From IMG/VR virus record IMGVR_UViG_3300028840_006907, positions 256,001 through 320,000 of that record: 64,000 nt of DNA; one strand, written 5' to 3'. The DNA comes from a virus. Numbering within the stretch: the first letter of the stretch is position 1; each line of letters starts with the position of its first letter. Shown one piece after another: positions 19,102-27,808 of this stretch. Position numbers and translations under genes: made by a program. The notes beneath the pieces are model-generated. The model made no database searches. It worked only from the letters and a program-made list of their open reading frames with translations, and was not told the DNA's origin.

Positions 19102-19935
19102 ATGGCGAGAGAAAGATTGAGCTGGGATAAGAAGAAGGAAGCCGAACAAAAGAAACAGGCTGATCCTTACACAATGAATCAAGATCATACTAATCCACCA
19201 GCTTCGAAATACGATATTGGTGGTCCTTCTGAATTTGCAGAAGATCCAGATATGAAAACTCCATGGAAAAATGAGGGTCGTGTTGAGACTGGTCATCCTG
19301 CTCCAGCTCGTGAAGCAGTTAAAGCTGCTCGTCAGTTGGAAGACAAAGCTCTCAAATGCATTACCATTGCTCAGAGAATACTTCCAGGAGCCTCTGATAA
19401 CATTATCGAAGATCAAGCGACTGATTTTATGCATTTACCTGACAAATGCATCCTCGCTACTCTTCAACGTCAAGCTGAATTAGCAGAAAAGCTTGCTAAA
19501 GATGATGAGAAGGACGAGGAAAAAATGGAAGAAGAAAAGGAAGCTAAAGAAGAAAAAGTAGTTGAAGAAAAGCCTGCTGAAAAAGAAGCAGCTAAAGAAA
19601 AAGAAGAACCGGAAGAAGAGGAAGAAAAGGAAGCTAAAGAAGAAAAAGTAGCTGAAGAAAAGCCTGCTGAAAAAGAAGCAGCTAAAGAAAAAGAAGAGCC
19701 GGAAGAAGAAGAGGAAGAAAAGGAAGCTAAAGAAGAGCCAAAAAAAGAAGCTACCGCAGAAATGGATATTGAATTAGGTGGTGATAATAGTGTGGATCTT
19801 CTCGATTCAGTATTTGCTGCTGAAGAAAAACAAGGTGCAAAAAAACTTAGTGGGATAGTGAAACAGGCTTCATCAGAAGGTGAATTGGGTAGTCTCTGGA
19901 CTTCTCCACCTGATGTGTCTGAAGCTTTCAAATAA
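19102..19935 (+). CDS. scaffolding-like acidic repeat protein
   Basis: 277 aa; RBS GGAGG; extremely E/K-rich with tandem repeat EEKEAKEEKV(V/A)EEKPAEKEAAKEKEEPEEEEE; immediately upstream of capsid candidates. Confidence 0.55.
   Translation: MARERLSWDKKKEAEQKKQADPYTMNQDHTNPPASKYDIGGPSEFAEDPDMKTPWKNEGRVETGHPAPAREAVKAARQLEDKALKCITIAQRILPGASDNIIEDQATDFMHLPDKCILATLQRQAELAEKLAKDDEKDEEKMEEEKEAKEEKVVEEKPAEKEAAKEKEEPEEEEEKEAKEEKVAEEKPAEKEAAKEKEEPEEEEEEKEAKEEPKKEATAEMDIELGGDNSVDLLDSVFAAEEKQGAKKLSGIVKQASSEGELGSLWTSPPDVSEAFK
19531..19737 (+). repeat. in-frame tandem repeat (period ~90-93 nt, ~2.3 copies) inside scaffold-like gene
   Basis: Near-identical units at 19531-19620 and 19621-19713 plus a partial third copy. 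Confidence 0.8.
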
Positions 19936-19985
19936 AGAAGATATTCGCAATTAACAGAATTTACTAACTTAGGAGGTTAAGATTT

Positions 19986-20549
19986 ATGGCTAGTTCAAAT
20001 CTCCCGCTCCCTAATGCGCATTGTAATGTTCTGTATCGTCAGACTTTCAATACTTACGGTACAATCGTTGCTGCTGGATTAACTCAGAATAACCGCGTAG
20101 GGAACGCACAGAAAGCGAACAATACTCGCCTGAATGCAAATACCAATTTAGGTATTCTCGCAGGTAGTGTTGTTGCTGTAGCTGGAAGTGGTACAATTGG
20201 GCCGTGCGCCGGTGACGCTTCTGCAAATGACCTTGCAGTAGGTATTGCAGTAAATGATGCTGTCGGTAACGCCTATGAGTCAAGTTCCGCTGTAGCATCG
20301 AACAGAGTAGTTTATGCCCATGGAACCGGTACAGTCTTTAATACCGATATCTATGAGACAAAAGCAACGGACGGCACCGCTGCTGTTACCTATACTGCAG
20401 GTGACAGATTGTATTCATCCCAGAATGGGTTGCTTACAAATTCAAGTGGTATGGCCTTAGTTCCTAGTGCCTATCATACTATGATTGGCATTGTTTTAGA
20501 AGTTCCAACTGCTTCTAATCCATATATGACCGTTCAAATGAGAATATAA
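19986..20549 (+). CDS. hypothetical head protein (A/G/T/S/N-rich; possible decoration protein)
   Basis: 187 aa; RBS AGGAGG; position between scaffold-like and capsid genes; function not established. Confidence 0.5.
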   Translation: MASSNLPLPNAHCNVLYRQTFNTYGTIVAAGLTQNNRVGNAQKANNTRLNANTNLGILAGSVVAVAGSGTIGPCAGDASANDLAVGIAVNDAVGNAYESSSAVASNRVVYAHGTGTVFNTDIYETKATDGTAAVTYTAGDRLYSSQNGLLTNSSGMALVPSAYHTMIGIVLEVPTASNPYMTVQMRI

Positions 20550-20564
20550 GGGAGGTGAGTCTCA

Positions 20565-21437
20565 ATGGCTGAAATTAGCAATCAAGTAAAACAAGAAATT
20601 ATTGCTGAGTATATTAAAACTGCCGGTGGACGTGCGAAACTCGCTGCGTCAATGACTCAGCCTTTACGTCTTAGGAGAGACTACACCAGTGTAGGTCGTA
20701 AGACTTTCTTGGTAGAACAGCTCCCTGACGGTGCATTACCAATTTATGACAAAGATCCTAATGTCACAGCATATGTGATTGGTGAAGAAGGTGCCAACAT
20801 TTTGGCTATCACCAAACCTCGCCGTGTCATTTTTCCTTTGTTTGAAATTGCATCCAATCCGGAAATTCCGTTAACTCAAATCAAAGAACGTCGTTTCGAT
20901 CTCATCGAACGTGCTCAAGACCTTGCTAAATCAGAAATTCAGGCTGAAGAAGACACACGTGTTTTTGAAGTTCTGGATGCTGTAGCAACAAATGGTTTTG
21001 ATAACATCGGTGCAACGAATGCAGATATCCCTGCAACTGCTCCTCTTACACCTTCAGACCTCGCTGATGCTTTTGCACTAGTAGAGCGCCATGATCTGCG
21101 TGTAGCAAGAGTATTTGCCAATGCACTGGATTACAGTGACATTCGTAAGTGGGGACGTGATGTTCTTGATATCGAGAGTCAGGCAACATTACTTAAAACT
21201 GGTCTTATGGCAACCGTTTGGGGAGCCCAGATCATAGTTTCAAGAAAAGTTCCTGTAGGATACATCTATGTATGTGCAGAACCTGAATTCTTTGGCCGGA
21301 TACCTGTCCGTACAGAGCTTACAGTTCTCTCTGCTGATGATCCACGTAACCGTACAATCGGATTTTCATGTTTTGAAAATCTTGGTATTGGTTGCCACAA
21401 TCCTCTCGGCTTGGATCGTGTCGTACTTTCTCGATAA
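20565..21437 (+). CDS. major capsid protein candidate (HK97 fold)
   Basis: 290 aa; RBS GGGAGG; followed by a strong terminator; head-module context; resemblance to HK97-fold/encapsulin-type shell proteins is by eye only. Confidence 0.55.
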   Translation: MAEISNQVKQEIIAEYIKTAGGRAKLAASMTQPLRLRRDYTSVGRKTFLVEQLPDGALPIYDKDPNVTAYVIGEEGANILAITKPRRVIFPLFEIASNPEIPLTQIKERRFDLIERAQDLAKSEIQAEEDTRVFEVLDAVATNGFDNIGATNADIPATAPLTPSDLADAFALVERHDLRVARVFANALDYSDIRKWGRDVLDIESQATLLKTGLMATVWGAQIIVSRKVPVGYIYVCAEPEFFGRIPVRTELTVLSADDPRNRTIGFSCFENLGIGCHNPLGLDRVVLSR

Positions 21438-21460
21438 GAATTGATACTTATTGATAAAAA

Positions 21461-21507
21461 GGGCTATTAGAGGGACAGTCCCCACTAATGGCCCTTTCTT
21501 TTTTTAT
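21461..21507 (+). terminator. rho-independent terminator after capsid gene
   Basis: ~14-bp GC-containing stem (GGGCTATTAGAGGG / CCCACTAATGGCCC) followed by TTTCTTTTTTT. Confidence 0.75.
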
Positions 21508-21526
21508 GAATTAAAGGGAGTAAAAA

Positions 21527-21892
21527 ATGAAAAGTCTATCATCGTTTTTAAAAAAGATAGCTTATCGTATAGCTACTGAATTCCCTGATACTTCAGAATT
21601 ACGCGAGAATGAACCTGATTGGTCTGAGCTAAATAAAGAGTCTCTTCCATGGCAGGCATTTGCTAATTATAAGTCCATGGATAAAGAGAAAAAATCTACC
21701 TGGAAATATCCTCATCATTTTATAGCTGGAGGTAAAAAAGAGGATGGGATTTTTACATCAGGTACGATGTATCTTCATAAAGGTGGTTTAAACGCTGCCT
21801 GGGCTGCTGCTCAAGGTGCTCGGTCAGGAAAAAAAGCTACTCCAGAAATTATCACTCATTTAGAAAGACATCGTAAAGCTATAAAAGAATAA
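21527..21892 (+). CDS. hypothetical protein
   Basis: 121 aa; RBS AAGGGAG. Confidence 0.55.
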   Translation: MKSLSSFLKKIAYRIATEFPDTSELRENEPDWSELNKESLPWQAFANYKSMDKEKKSTWKYPHHFIAGGKKEDGIFTSGTMYLHKGGLNAAWAAAQGARSGKKATPEIITHLERHRKAIKE

Positions 21893-22028
21893 GCTAAAAA
21901 AATTTGTAATTATTCTTCATTTAAAACGTTTTGATTTAAAAGAAGTTATCATATTTTATGGTAACTTTTTTTCATTTGTTTAAAAAATTTTGCTGTTCGT
22001 TTCCCTTCTAAACCTTGTATTAATATGT

Positions 22029-23063
22029 ATGGGAAAGAAATGCAAAGATAAGCACTGTTTTAATGATGCTGAAATAAAAGGTTATTGTGTAAGGCATTAT
22101 TTTAGCCTACCTAGATGTGAGTATCCTGGGTGTCCGAATATTACTCTTGTTAAAAACGGCCTCTGTAAAAAACACTCTGAATTAGATCCAAAAGACATAC
22201 CTAATTATAAACCGAAAAGAAGACAGGAATCGGTTAAAAGGGAAATTAAGTTTCCTAAAAATTGGAATCATTTTTCTTTGGAACAGAAAAAAATCCTTCT
22301 TAATAAGGAAACGAAGTCTAAATTAATAATATATATCTTAAAAAAGGATCAAAGTTTTGATGTAAAGAATGCTTGTAAAAGGAGGCTTCTGGAATTAGGG
22401 TGTGAAATACCAAAAGATTTAACGTATAAATGTAAAGTCCCTGGTTGTGATAATGGTCCAAGTTCGTTAAATCATTATACTAGTGGATTTTGCCAAACTC
22501 ATTATCAGCAATATCTAAAAGGAATAATAGATAAAGACGGTAAATCAATCAGGGATTTGGTAGATGTAGGGAAACACAATGCTAATATATCTCCTGAAAG
22601 GGCTATATTATCTAAATATAATACTTTAATTAAAGGCATACACCATATCAGGAAAGAATTGCGAAATCTGAGAGATATGTCCTTTGACATGGATTATAAA
22701 TTTAATTTCTTTCCGCAATTAGGGTTTGTTGAAGACAGTTTAAAATTTATTTATAGTCCCCATTTTATTCTGAAGAATACATCGTTTTTGAAAAACACTA
22801 CATTAAAGGAGATCTTGGGAGAGAAAGAAGAACACGCACAGGTGATGTTGAAATTAGATGGCAATGAATATAAGGGGGAATTGATTCAGGGAGATGAATC
22901 AAAAATATTCATTACTGATAAAATAGATAAGAAAGGTTCAGTAGTTCTTTTTTTGAGAGGTATAGAAGATTTTACAGAATATCCTTTTGAATGCAAAGCT
23001 TATGATAAGGAAACTAACATAGTACAGAATATACGAATAGAGGAAATTCGTGAAGATAAGTAG
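22029..23063 (+). CDS. Cys/His-rich repeat zinc-finger protein (putative DNA-binding)
   Basis: Start set at first ATG (track start is TTG at 21990); three copies of Cx3-4(G)Cx7-12GxCxxH(Y): CFNDAEIKGYCVRHY, CEYPGCPNITLVKNGLCKKHS, CKVPGCDNGPSSLNHYTSGFCQTHY. Confidence 0.55.
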   Translation: MGKKCKDKHCFNDAEIKGYCVRHYFSLPRCEYPGCPNITLVKNGLCKKHSELDPKDIPNYKPKRRQESVKREIKFPKNWNHFSLEQKKILLNKETKSKLIIYILKKDQSFDVKNACKRRLLELGCEIPKDLTYKCKVPGCDNGPSSLNHYTSGFCQTHYQQYLKGIIDKDGKSIRDLVDVGKHNANISPERAILSKYNTLIKGIHHIRKELRNLRDMSFDMDYKFNFFPQLGFVEDSLKFIYSPHFILKNTSFLKNTTLKEILGEKEEHAQVMLKLDGNEYKGELIQGDESKIFITDKIDKKGSVVLFLRGIEDFTEYPFECKAYDKETNIVQNIRIEEIREDK

Positions 23064-23068
23064 GTTTT

Positions 23069-23245
23069 ATGATTATAACGACTCTTTCTTGTGCCATTAT
23101 TTTAATCGCAATATTTTTATTGATATTGTCTTTATTATCTGATTGTGAGCCTTTTGGGATAAGTCGAGATCTAATAGTCACTCTTTTTCAGATATTAAAT
23201 GCTATTTTAGCTGGAGCTATAATCATTTATCATAATTGGGGTTAA
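23069..23245 (+). CDS. small hydrophobic protein (58 aa, two predicted TM segments)
   Basis: ATG ORF below track cut-off; hydrophobic ILIAIFLLILSLL and ILNAILAGAIIIY; weak support. Confidence 0.3.
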   Translation: MIITTLSCAIILIAIFLLILSLLSDCEPFGISRDLIVTLFQILNAILAGAIIIYHNWG

Positions 23246-23249
23246 TTTA

Positions 23250-23459
23250 TTACCACTTATTGTAATTTCTGCCATATGAATTATTTCTATGGTTTTGATT
23301 GCTTCCATTCCTATCATCTTTTTCGGCTTTTCTTTTTTTCCTACAATCTGGACATCTTACTGGATCGCTGAAACCTTTTTGATTAAAGAAATCCTGTTCA
23401 CCGGCTGTGAAAGTAAAATTATTACCACAATCTCTGCAAGCTATCTGTCTGTCAGACAT
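23250..23459 (-). CDS. zinc-ribbon protein (zf-trcl-like)
   Basis: 69 aa; RBS AAGGAGAAAAT; CRDCGNNFTFTAGEQDFF...RCPDCRKKR four-Cys ribbon; last gene of the minus-strand cassette. Confidence 0.55.
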   Translation of the reverse strand: MSDRQIACRDCGNNFTFTAGEQDFFNQKGFSDPVRCPDCRKKRKAEKDDRNGSNQNHRNNSYGRNYNKW

Positions 23460-23473
23460 ATTTTCTCCTTTGG

Positions 23474-24361
23474 TTATTCCTCTAATTTTTCTACAATCGA
23501 TTTCAATTTATTAATATGTTCTTGTTCTTCTTGTATTTTTTCTTCCCATAGATCAGAATCTTTAAGTGAGGTAATAGTCCGGTCTATAAGATTTACGAGA
23601 ACACTCGGTTCTAATGCATCCAGTTCCCAGCTTTCTTCTCCAAATTTTATAATATATGATTGATATCGGGAATCAGTAGTTTTGGCAGGATTGGGAGGAG
23701 GGCTAAATTCCTCTATTTGATTAAAGTTCAGAGCGATACGTTTTACTTCCATTCCACCCATAAATAATTCTAATCGATCAGTTATGTCCCTAGTCATATC
23801 GATCCCAGATGGATCATGATCGCCTAGATGGATGACAATAGGTATCTGTGATTTACCTTTAAATTTCATTGCATGTCTTCTGAATCTGCGACCTGCTGAC
23901 CACATTTCACTTTGAGAAGTATAACCTCTACATGAAAAATATGGCACATCATGTTGATTACATATCCTGTCTATAACTCCGACAAGAGCATCTTTTTCTA
24001 TCCAGACTTCGGGACGATATATTTGGTTTTCCCATTTATCGATTTCATATTGTTCAATACAAGTTTCGATAATTTGAGCTGGGCTGTCCCAATGAGATAA
24101 CTGTTGTAATTCTCTTGTTCTATCTTCAAGTCTATCCCAATCTACTAATCCAGCAAGTCGAGCATCATTGATAATAGATCCCAATCTTTTATACTCTGAT
24201 TGTTTATTAGCAATAAGATCTCGGGAGACAAACTGGTAGTATAATTGACGAAGAGTAAGTTTAAATCCTTGCCCTCTATATTCTTCGATGATATTATTAG
24301 CTTGATCTATTATAGTTAAGCTAGAACTTGCGAAATTTTTCTTGATATATGCTATTTTCAT
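23474..24361 (-). CDS. Spo11/TopoVI-A-like Toprim protein (minimal stand-alone form)
   Basis: 295 aa; winged-helix LRQLYYQ (Tyr41/42), Toprim IEKDA (Glu122) and HLGDHDPSG (Asp181/183) with Top6A-like spacing; start overlaps upstream stop (ATGA). Confidence 0.55.
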   Translation of the reverse strand: MKIAYIKKNFASSSLTIIDQANNIIEEYRGQGFKLTLRQLYYQFVSRDLIANKQSEYKRLGSIINDARLAGLVDWDRLEDRTRELQQLSHWDSPAQIIETCIEQYEIDKWENQIYRPEVWIEKDALVGVIDRICNQHDVPYFSCRGYTSQSEMWSAGRRFRRHAMKFKGKSQIPIVIHLGDHDPSGIDMTRDITDRLELFMGGMEVKRIALNFNQIEEFSPPPNPAKTTDSRYQSYIIKFGEESWELDALEPSVLVNLIDRTITSLKDSDLWEEKIQEEQEHINKLKSIVEKLEE

Positions 24362-25038
24362 TGGGAGATAATATTTATTGTAGTTGGGTATTGGTTTTTT
24401 ACTATGAATTCTGCTTCTGCTTCATTTAAAGCTTCTACTGAAACAGTTTTATTATGAATGATACTTTTTTTATTATAATAAAATTCAATATTCATTTGAA
24501 ATTTTCGTTTCTTTGGTGGGGTAAAATCCTGTTGTATATCTATAAAAAAATTTTGTGGGCCTAAAATAGAAGGACCTATAAGTTTTTCAGTAGTTTCCTT
24601 TTTTATACTAATTATTTCTTTTGGAGAAAATTGGTCTTTTATTTTTTTAATAGCGTCTTCGATATCTTCAGCAAAAATATTAATTGTTGTTGGGGTTTCG
24701 AATTCTTTTGTTTCTCCTAATATTTTATTCTGATAAAAGAGTATCATTTGAACTTCAAATCGTTGATGAGTTTTATACGGCTTATTAAAGTTTTCGATTA
24801 TTCTTTTTTCAAGTGAAGCATAATCAAATTCAAATGTATTAGGACCATAATCCATTCGGCAATGGTTAGGCCATAGAGGTTGTGATTCTGGAGAATGGTG
24901 TTCAGTATATGGATTGGAGCTTTTTGGTTCACCTTTAAGTTCTGGTCTATAAAAATCTGTCCAGTCTGTCAATTGCCCAGTTTTAATAAGAAGTTTTAAA
25001 TATGCTGGATCTATTCTTTTGTATTTATGATCTTCCAT
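24358..25038 (-). CDS. hypothetical protein (first gene of Toprim cassette)
   Basis: Start set at ATG with AAGGAAAATT RBS (track TTG start at 25086); 226 aa; no recognised motifs. Confidence 0.5.
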   Translation of the reverse strand: MEDHKYKRIDPAYLKLLIKTGQLTDWTDFYRPELKGEPKSSNPYTEHHSPESQPLWPNHCRMDYGPNTFEFDYASLEKRIIENFNKPYKTHQRFEVQMILFYQNKILGETKEFETPTTINIFAEDIEDAIKKIKDQFSPKEIISIKKETTEKLIGPSILGPQNFFIDIQQDFTPPKKRKFQMNIEFYYNKKSIIHNKTVSVEALNEAEAEFIVKNQYPTTINIISQ

Positions 25039-25215
25039 AATTTTCCTTAAAAAAGATGTTTGAATTATAACTAAAATATAATTCAAACATCAACAAATTT
25101 TATGTAGAAATAAATTGTATGGGGAGAATCCCACAATATCTAAGTATACTAAAAAGTTTAGACAAAGACAAAGAAAAAAACTAATTTGAAGAAATAAAAT
25201 ACTATATTAAGTAAG

Positions 25216-25248
25216 AAATATACCAAAATAGCCCAAAATATACCAAAA
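25216..25248 (+). promoter_or_regulatory. two direct repeats AAATATACCAAAA in divergent intergenic region
   Basis: Copies at 25216-25228 and 25236-25248 (20-bp centre-to-centre) between the minus-strand cassette and gene 25374. Confidence 0.4.
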
Positions 25249-25373
25249 GTTTTTGCTTATTTCATCTAAGTCTAATTTTTTGAAGTATTTGGAATAAAAA
25301 TAATATAATTTATGATTTATTATGGTTTTTCTTATTAAGTAGATCGTGTATCTAATTTTGAAAGGAGTTGCCT

Positions 25374-26087
25374 ATGGCAGAAGAACAAAAGAGCTATAAA
25401 GATGTTTATCCTGAGATTGACCCTCTCATTAAAGCAGATCCTCTCCTTAATTGGGGAAGATTTAAAAAAGAGCATCCTGATTTATCTAATAAAATTACAA
25501 GATGGTCTTATCTTCGTCGAAGAAGCATAATTTTAGGTTACGGGGGTTATGGGAGTAAGATGAAAAATAAGAAAAAGAGTAAGAAAGGTGCCCGTAGAAT
25601 GAAAAAGAAAGAAACTCCAAAGAAAGTTAAAGTAGTAAAGACTATCCAGAATTTAAAAGGTGTTACTGATGAGCAGATTGTCAAGTATGTTAGTGATACT
25701 CTTCCAACCTCGAAAAATAAAAGGGAATATGTCAAATTGGGTAAAATATTAGTAAAAAACCCAGGTATATCATATCCAGATTTAAAGAAAAAGAAGTTTG
25801 TAACAATGAGCAATCCGACTTATTACATATTCAGAAAAAACTTTATTAATCATTTCAGTGCTAATGGTAAAGTAGAGCCGGAAGTAGTTGAGACGAAACC
25901 TAAGAAAAAGAATGGCTATAAAAGAAAAGGGACTATTTATAGATCTATACTTATCGATAAAGAAGCTAGTGATGTTGAGGTAGCTCAAGCGAAAAAAATT
26001 ATTGGAGCAATGAGAGAAGAAGAAAAAATGAATTATGAAGTAGAAGAATTAAAAACTGGTTATGAAATCAGAAAGTTTACTAAATAA
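25374..26087 (+). CDS. lysine-rich basic protein (possible nucleic-acid binding)
   Basis: Start at ATG with AAAGGAG RBS (track TTG start at 25368); K-rich tract KMKNKKKSKKGARRMKKKETPKKVK. Confidence 0.55.
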   Translation: MAEEQKSYKDVYPEIDPLIKADPLLNWGRFKKEHPDLSNKITRWSYLRRRSIILGYGGYGSKMKNKKKSKKGARRMKKKETPKKVKVVKTIQNLKGVTDEQIVKYVSDTLPTSKNKREYVKLGKILVKNPGISYPDLKKKKFVTMSNPTYYIFRKNFINHFSANGKVEPEVVETKPKKKNGYKRKGTIYRSILIDKEASDVEVAQAKKIIGAMREEEKMNYEVEELKTGYEIRKFTK

Positions 26088-26103
26088 TTAAGGAGGTTAA
26101 TGT

Positions 26104-26490
26104 ATGACTAGAGGCTCACTTAAGAAAAAGTTGTCGGGAGAAAAATCTTGGCTTATTATTAATGATGGCTCAGATGGGGTGAAGGTGGTAAAGGAGTTTG
26201 GTATACAGAAACGGAAAGTAATTGAGTTTTCTTTAGTTTGTGTTTCAGAGGGTATTTATATCAAACATCCTCACTATGAGTTCCGATCTACTGTATCTCA
26301 TTATTGCTCTACTCAGAAGGACATAAGATTGAGTCTAAATAAGACATTTCTTTCGTCAATTATAAAAACCCTAAGAAAGATAGGTTTGTGGGAAGCCATT
26401 GTAAACAAGGACTTTTTACAAGTCAATCGAGATAACTCAAAATCAAATAAAGGTGTCGTGAAAAGGGAATTAAGACGATTATTGGGGTAG
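26104..26490 (+). CDS. hypothetical protein
   Basis: 128 aa; RBS TAAGGAGG. Confidence 0.55.
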   Translation: MTRGSLKKKLSGEKSWLIINDGSDGVKVVKEFGIQKRKVIEFSLVCVSEGIYIKHPHYEFRSTVSHYCSTQKDIRLSLNKTFLSSIIKTLRKIGLWEAIVNKDFLQVNRDNSKSNKGVVKRELRRLLG

Positions 26491-26494
26491 TTTA

Positions 26495-27253
26495 GTGAAG
26501 AGGAAAGAATCAACAAAGACTTCAGAGTTTCTAGAAAATCTTTTGAAAAAGATGGCTTCTAGGAGACTCATTCGAATTCGTACAGAAAATAATAAATCCT
26601 TGAAGATTTCCTATAAAGGGTGCAGTGATCTTTTTAGTTCAAAATGGAATATAAAAATATACAATTCAGGGACAGTTGTATGTACTGATTTAGTACCTTT
26701 AAGAAAGTATGCTGTTGGGAAATTTAAGCTTCCTGATCCGTCTTTAAAATTGATAAAATGCGACGACAGCGGCTGGGGGTTTCCCTTATGCGGAATTTTG
26801 ATAGGTCTTGAATTTAATAGAAAAATATATGTGGGTGAAATAGGTGTTGAGTATTTTAAGTCACCTTCATTTGAAAAGAAAGAGTATTTGAAAAAATATT
26901 CTGATGAGGGTATTAAAATACTTAATAAAAAAATAGGTGCTAATCCTAAAACCCATAGAATTGAAATATGTACTGGATATGTAAATGGAACTCTTCGAGA
27001 TGATTTAAGAGAATTAGGATATGATGTACGAACAGTCGAAATAACGGGTCTACTCCAGAATAAGCTAGAGATATATTATAAAATGTACATAAAGAAGAAG
27101 ACTGGAGTAGATCTCGCCTATGACCCTAAAGAAGTAACAAAAAAACAGCTAGTTTTTGAATACCACAAGGCCCTGGAATGGGGTCAGAAGTATGCACCTC
27201 ATTTATTGAAATCTGGATGGCAGTCCATGAAAGATAAAGGTATTACTGGATAA
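26495..27253 (+). CDS. hypothetical protein (weak RNase H-like fold suggestion)
   Basis: 252 aa, GTG start; DDSGWGFPLCG resembles the first-strand motif of RNase H-fold nucleases; speculative. Confidence 0.4.
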   Translation: MKRKESTKTSEFLENLLKKMASRRLIRIRTENNKSLKISYKGCSDLFSSKWNIKIYNSGTVVCTDLVPLRKYAVGKFKLPDPSLKLIKCDDSGWGFPLCGILIGLEFNRKIYVGEIGVEYFKSPSFEKKEYLKKYSDEGIKILNKKIGANPKTHRIEICTGYVNGTLRDDLRELGYDVRTVEITGLLQNKLEIYYKMYIKKKTGVDLAYDPKEVTKKQLVFEYHKALEWGQKYAPHLLKSGWQSMKDKGITG

Positions 27254-27281
27254 TACCACCCACCTAAAATATTTCCAAAAA

Positions 27282-27298
27282 TTAATAATTTATTGATA
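27282..27298 (+). promoter_or_regulatory. conserved 17-nt motif, variant TTAATAATTTATTGATA (copy 5)
   Basis: 34 nt upstream of ATG 27333. Confidence 0.4.
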
Positions 27299-27332
27299 TT
27301 TTCTTTTCTGGAAAAAGCAGAAAGGAAAATAT

Positions 27333-27764
27333 ATGCGTGTATTAATATCTGATGTAATTCGAAAGACTGCTATAGATTTTAGTGTGTTACGAAAAATTCC
27401 CGGTTTTCTTAAAAATCCTATAGAAGCTGCTAAAAAATATATTGTAGATCTTATTTTAGAAGATCCTGAAAAGAATTTAATGCCTGTTTTAAATTTTAAA
27501 CCTGGTGCAAGTGCCAAAACTGCTCTTGTACCTTATCCAAAAGGAACACCCAGACCTAAAAAGAAAAAGAAGATTATGGATACAAAGACAATCCTAGGTC
27601 TTACTGCAGTAGTAGCTTTGACGTTTTTGCTTCAAATATTTGGTCCAGGATTTGTAAAGGATATTGAAAAAGATGTCCAATCTAAAATAAATGATAAAAA
27701 AATTATCCAAACTATAAAGACTAATTATGCTGAGACACAAAAAGCAATAGAAGGAGAATTCTAA
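27333..27764 (+). CDS. membrane-anchored hypothetical protein
   Basis: 143 aa; RBS AAAGGAAAA; one hydrophobic helix ILGLTAVVALTFLLQIFG. Confidence 0.55.
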   Translation: MRVLISDVIRKTAIDFSVLRKIPGFLKNPIEAAKKYIVDLILEDPEKNLMPVLNFKPGASAKTALVPYPKGTPRPKKKKKIMDTKTILGLTAVVALTFLLQIFGPGFVKDIEKDVQSKINDKKIIQTIKTNYAETQKAIEGEF

Positions 27765-27808
27765 TTCCCGCCTTTCTTATGGTTAAGTGTTTTCTAGTAA
27801 GGGAGTGA

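Noticed and set aside
19531-19737. Tandem repeats considered as a CRISPR array
   Set aside because: Only ~2.3 units of ~90 nt, no spacer alternation, and the repeats are in-frame coding sequence.
19470-19931. 153-aa minus-strand ORF antisense to the scaffold-like gene
   Set aside because: Ser/Phe-rich translation is the mirror of the GAA/AAA-rich repeat on the + strand; no RBS; the sense gene has a strong RBS and head-module context.
20565-21437. Encapsulin shell protein as alternative to major capsid protein
   Set aside because: Size and fold would fit either, but it directly follows a portal gene and an acidic scaffold-like gene and is followed by a strong terminator; kept as capsid candidate with moderate confidence.
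23289-23663. 124-aa + strand ORF
   Set aside because: Overlaps the minus-strand zinc-ribbon gene (strong RBS, four-Cys motif) and the Toprim gene; hydrophobic low-complexity translation.
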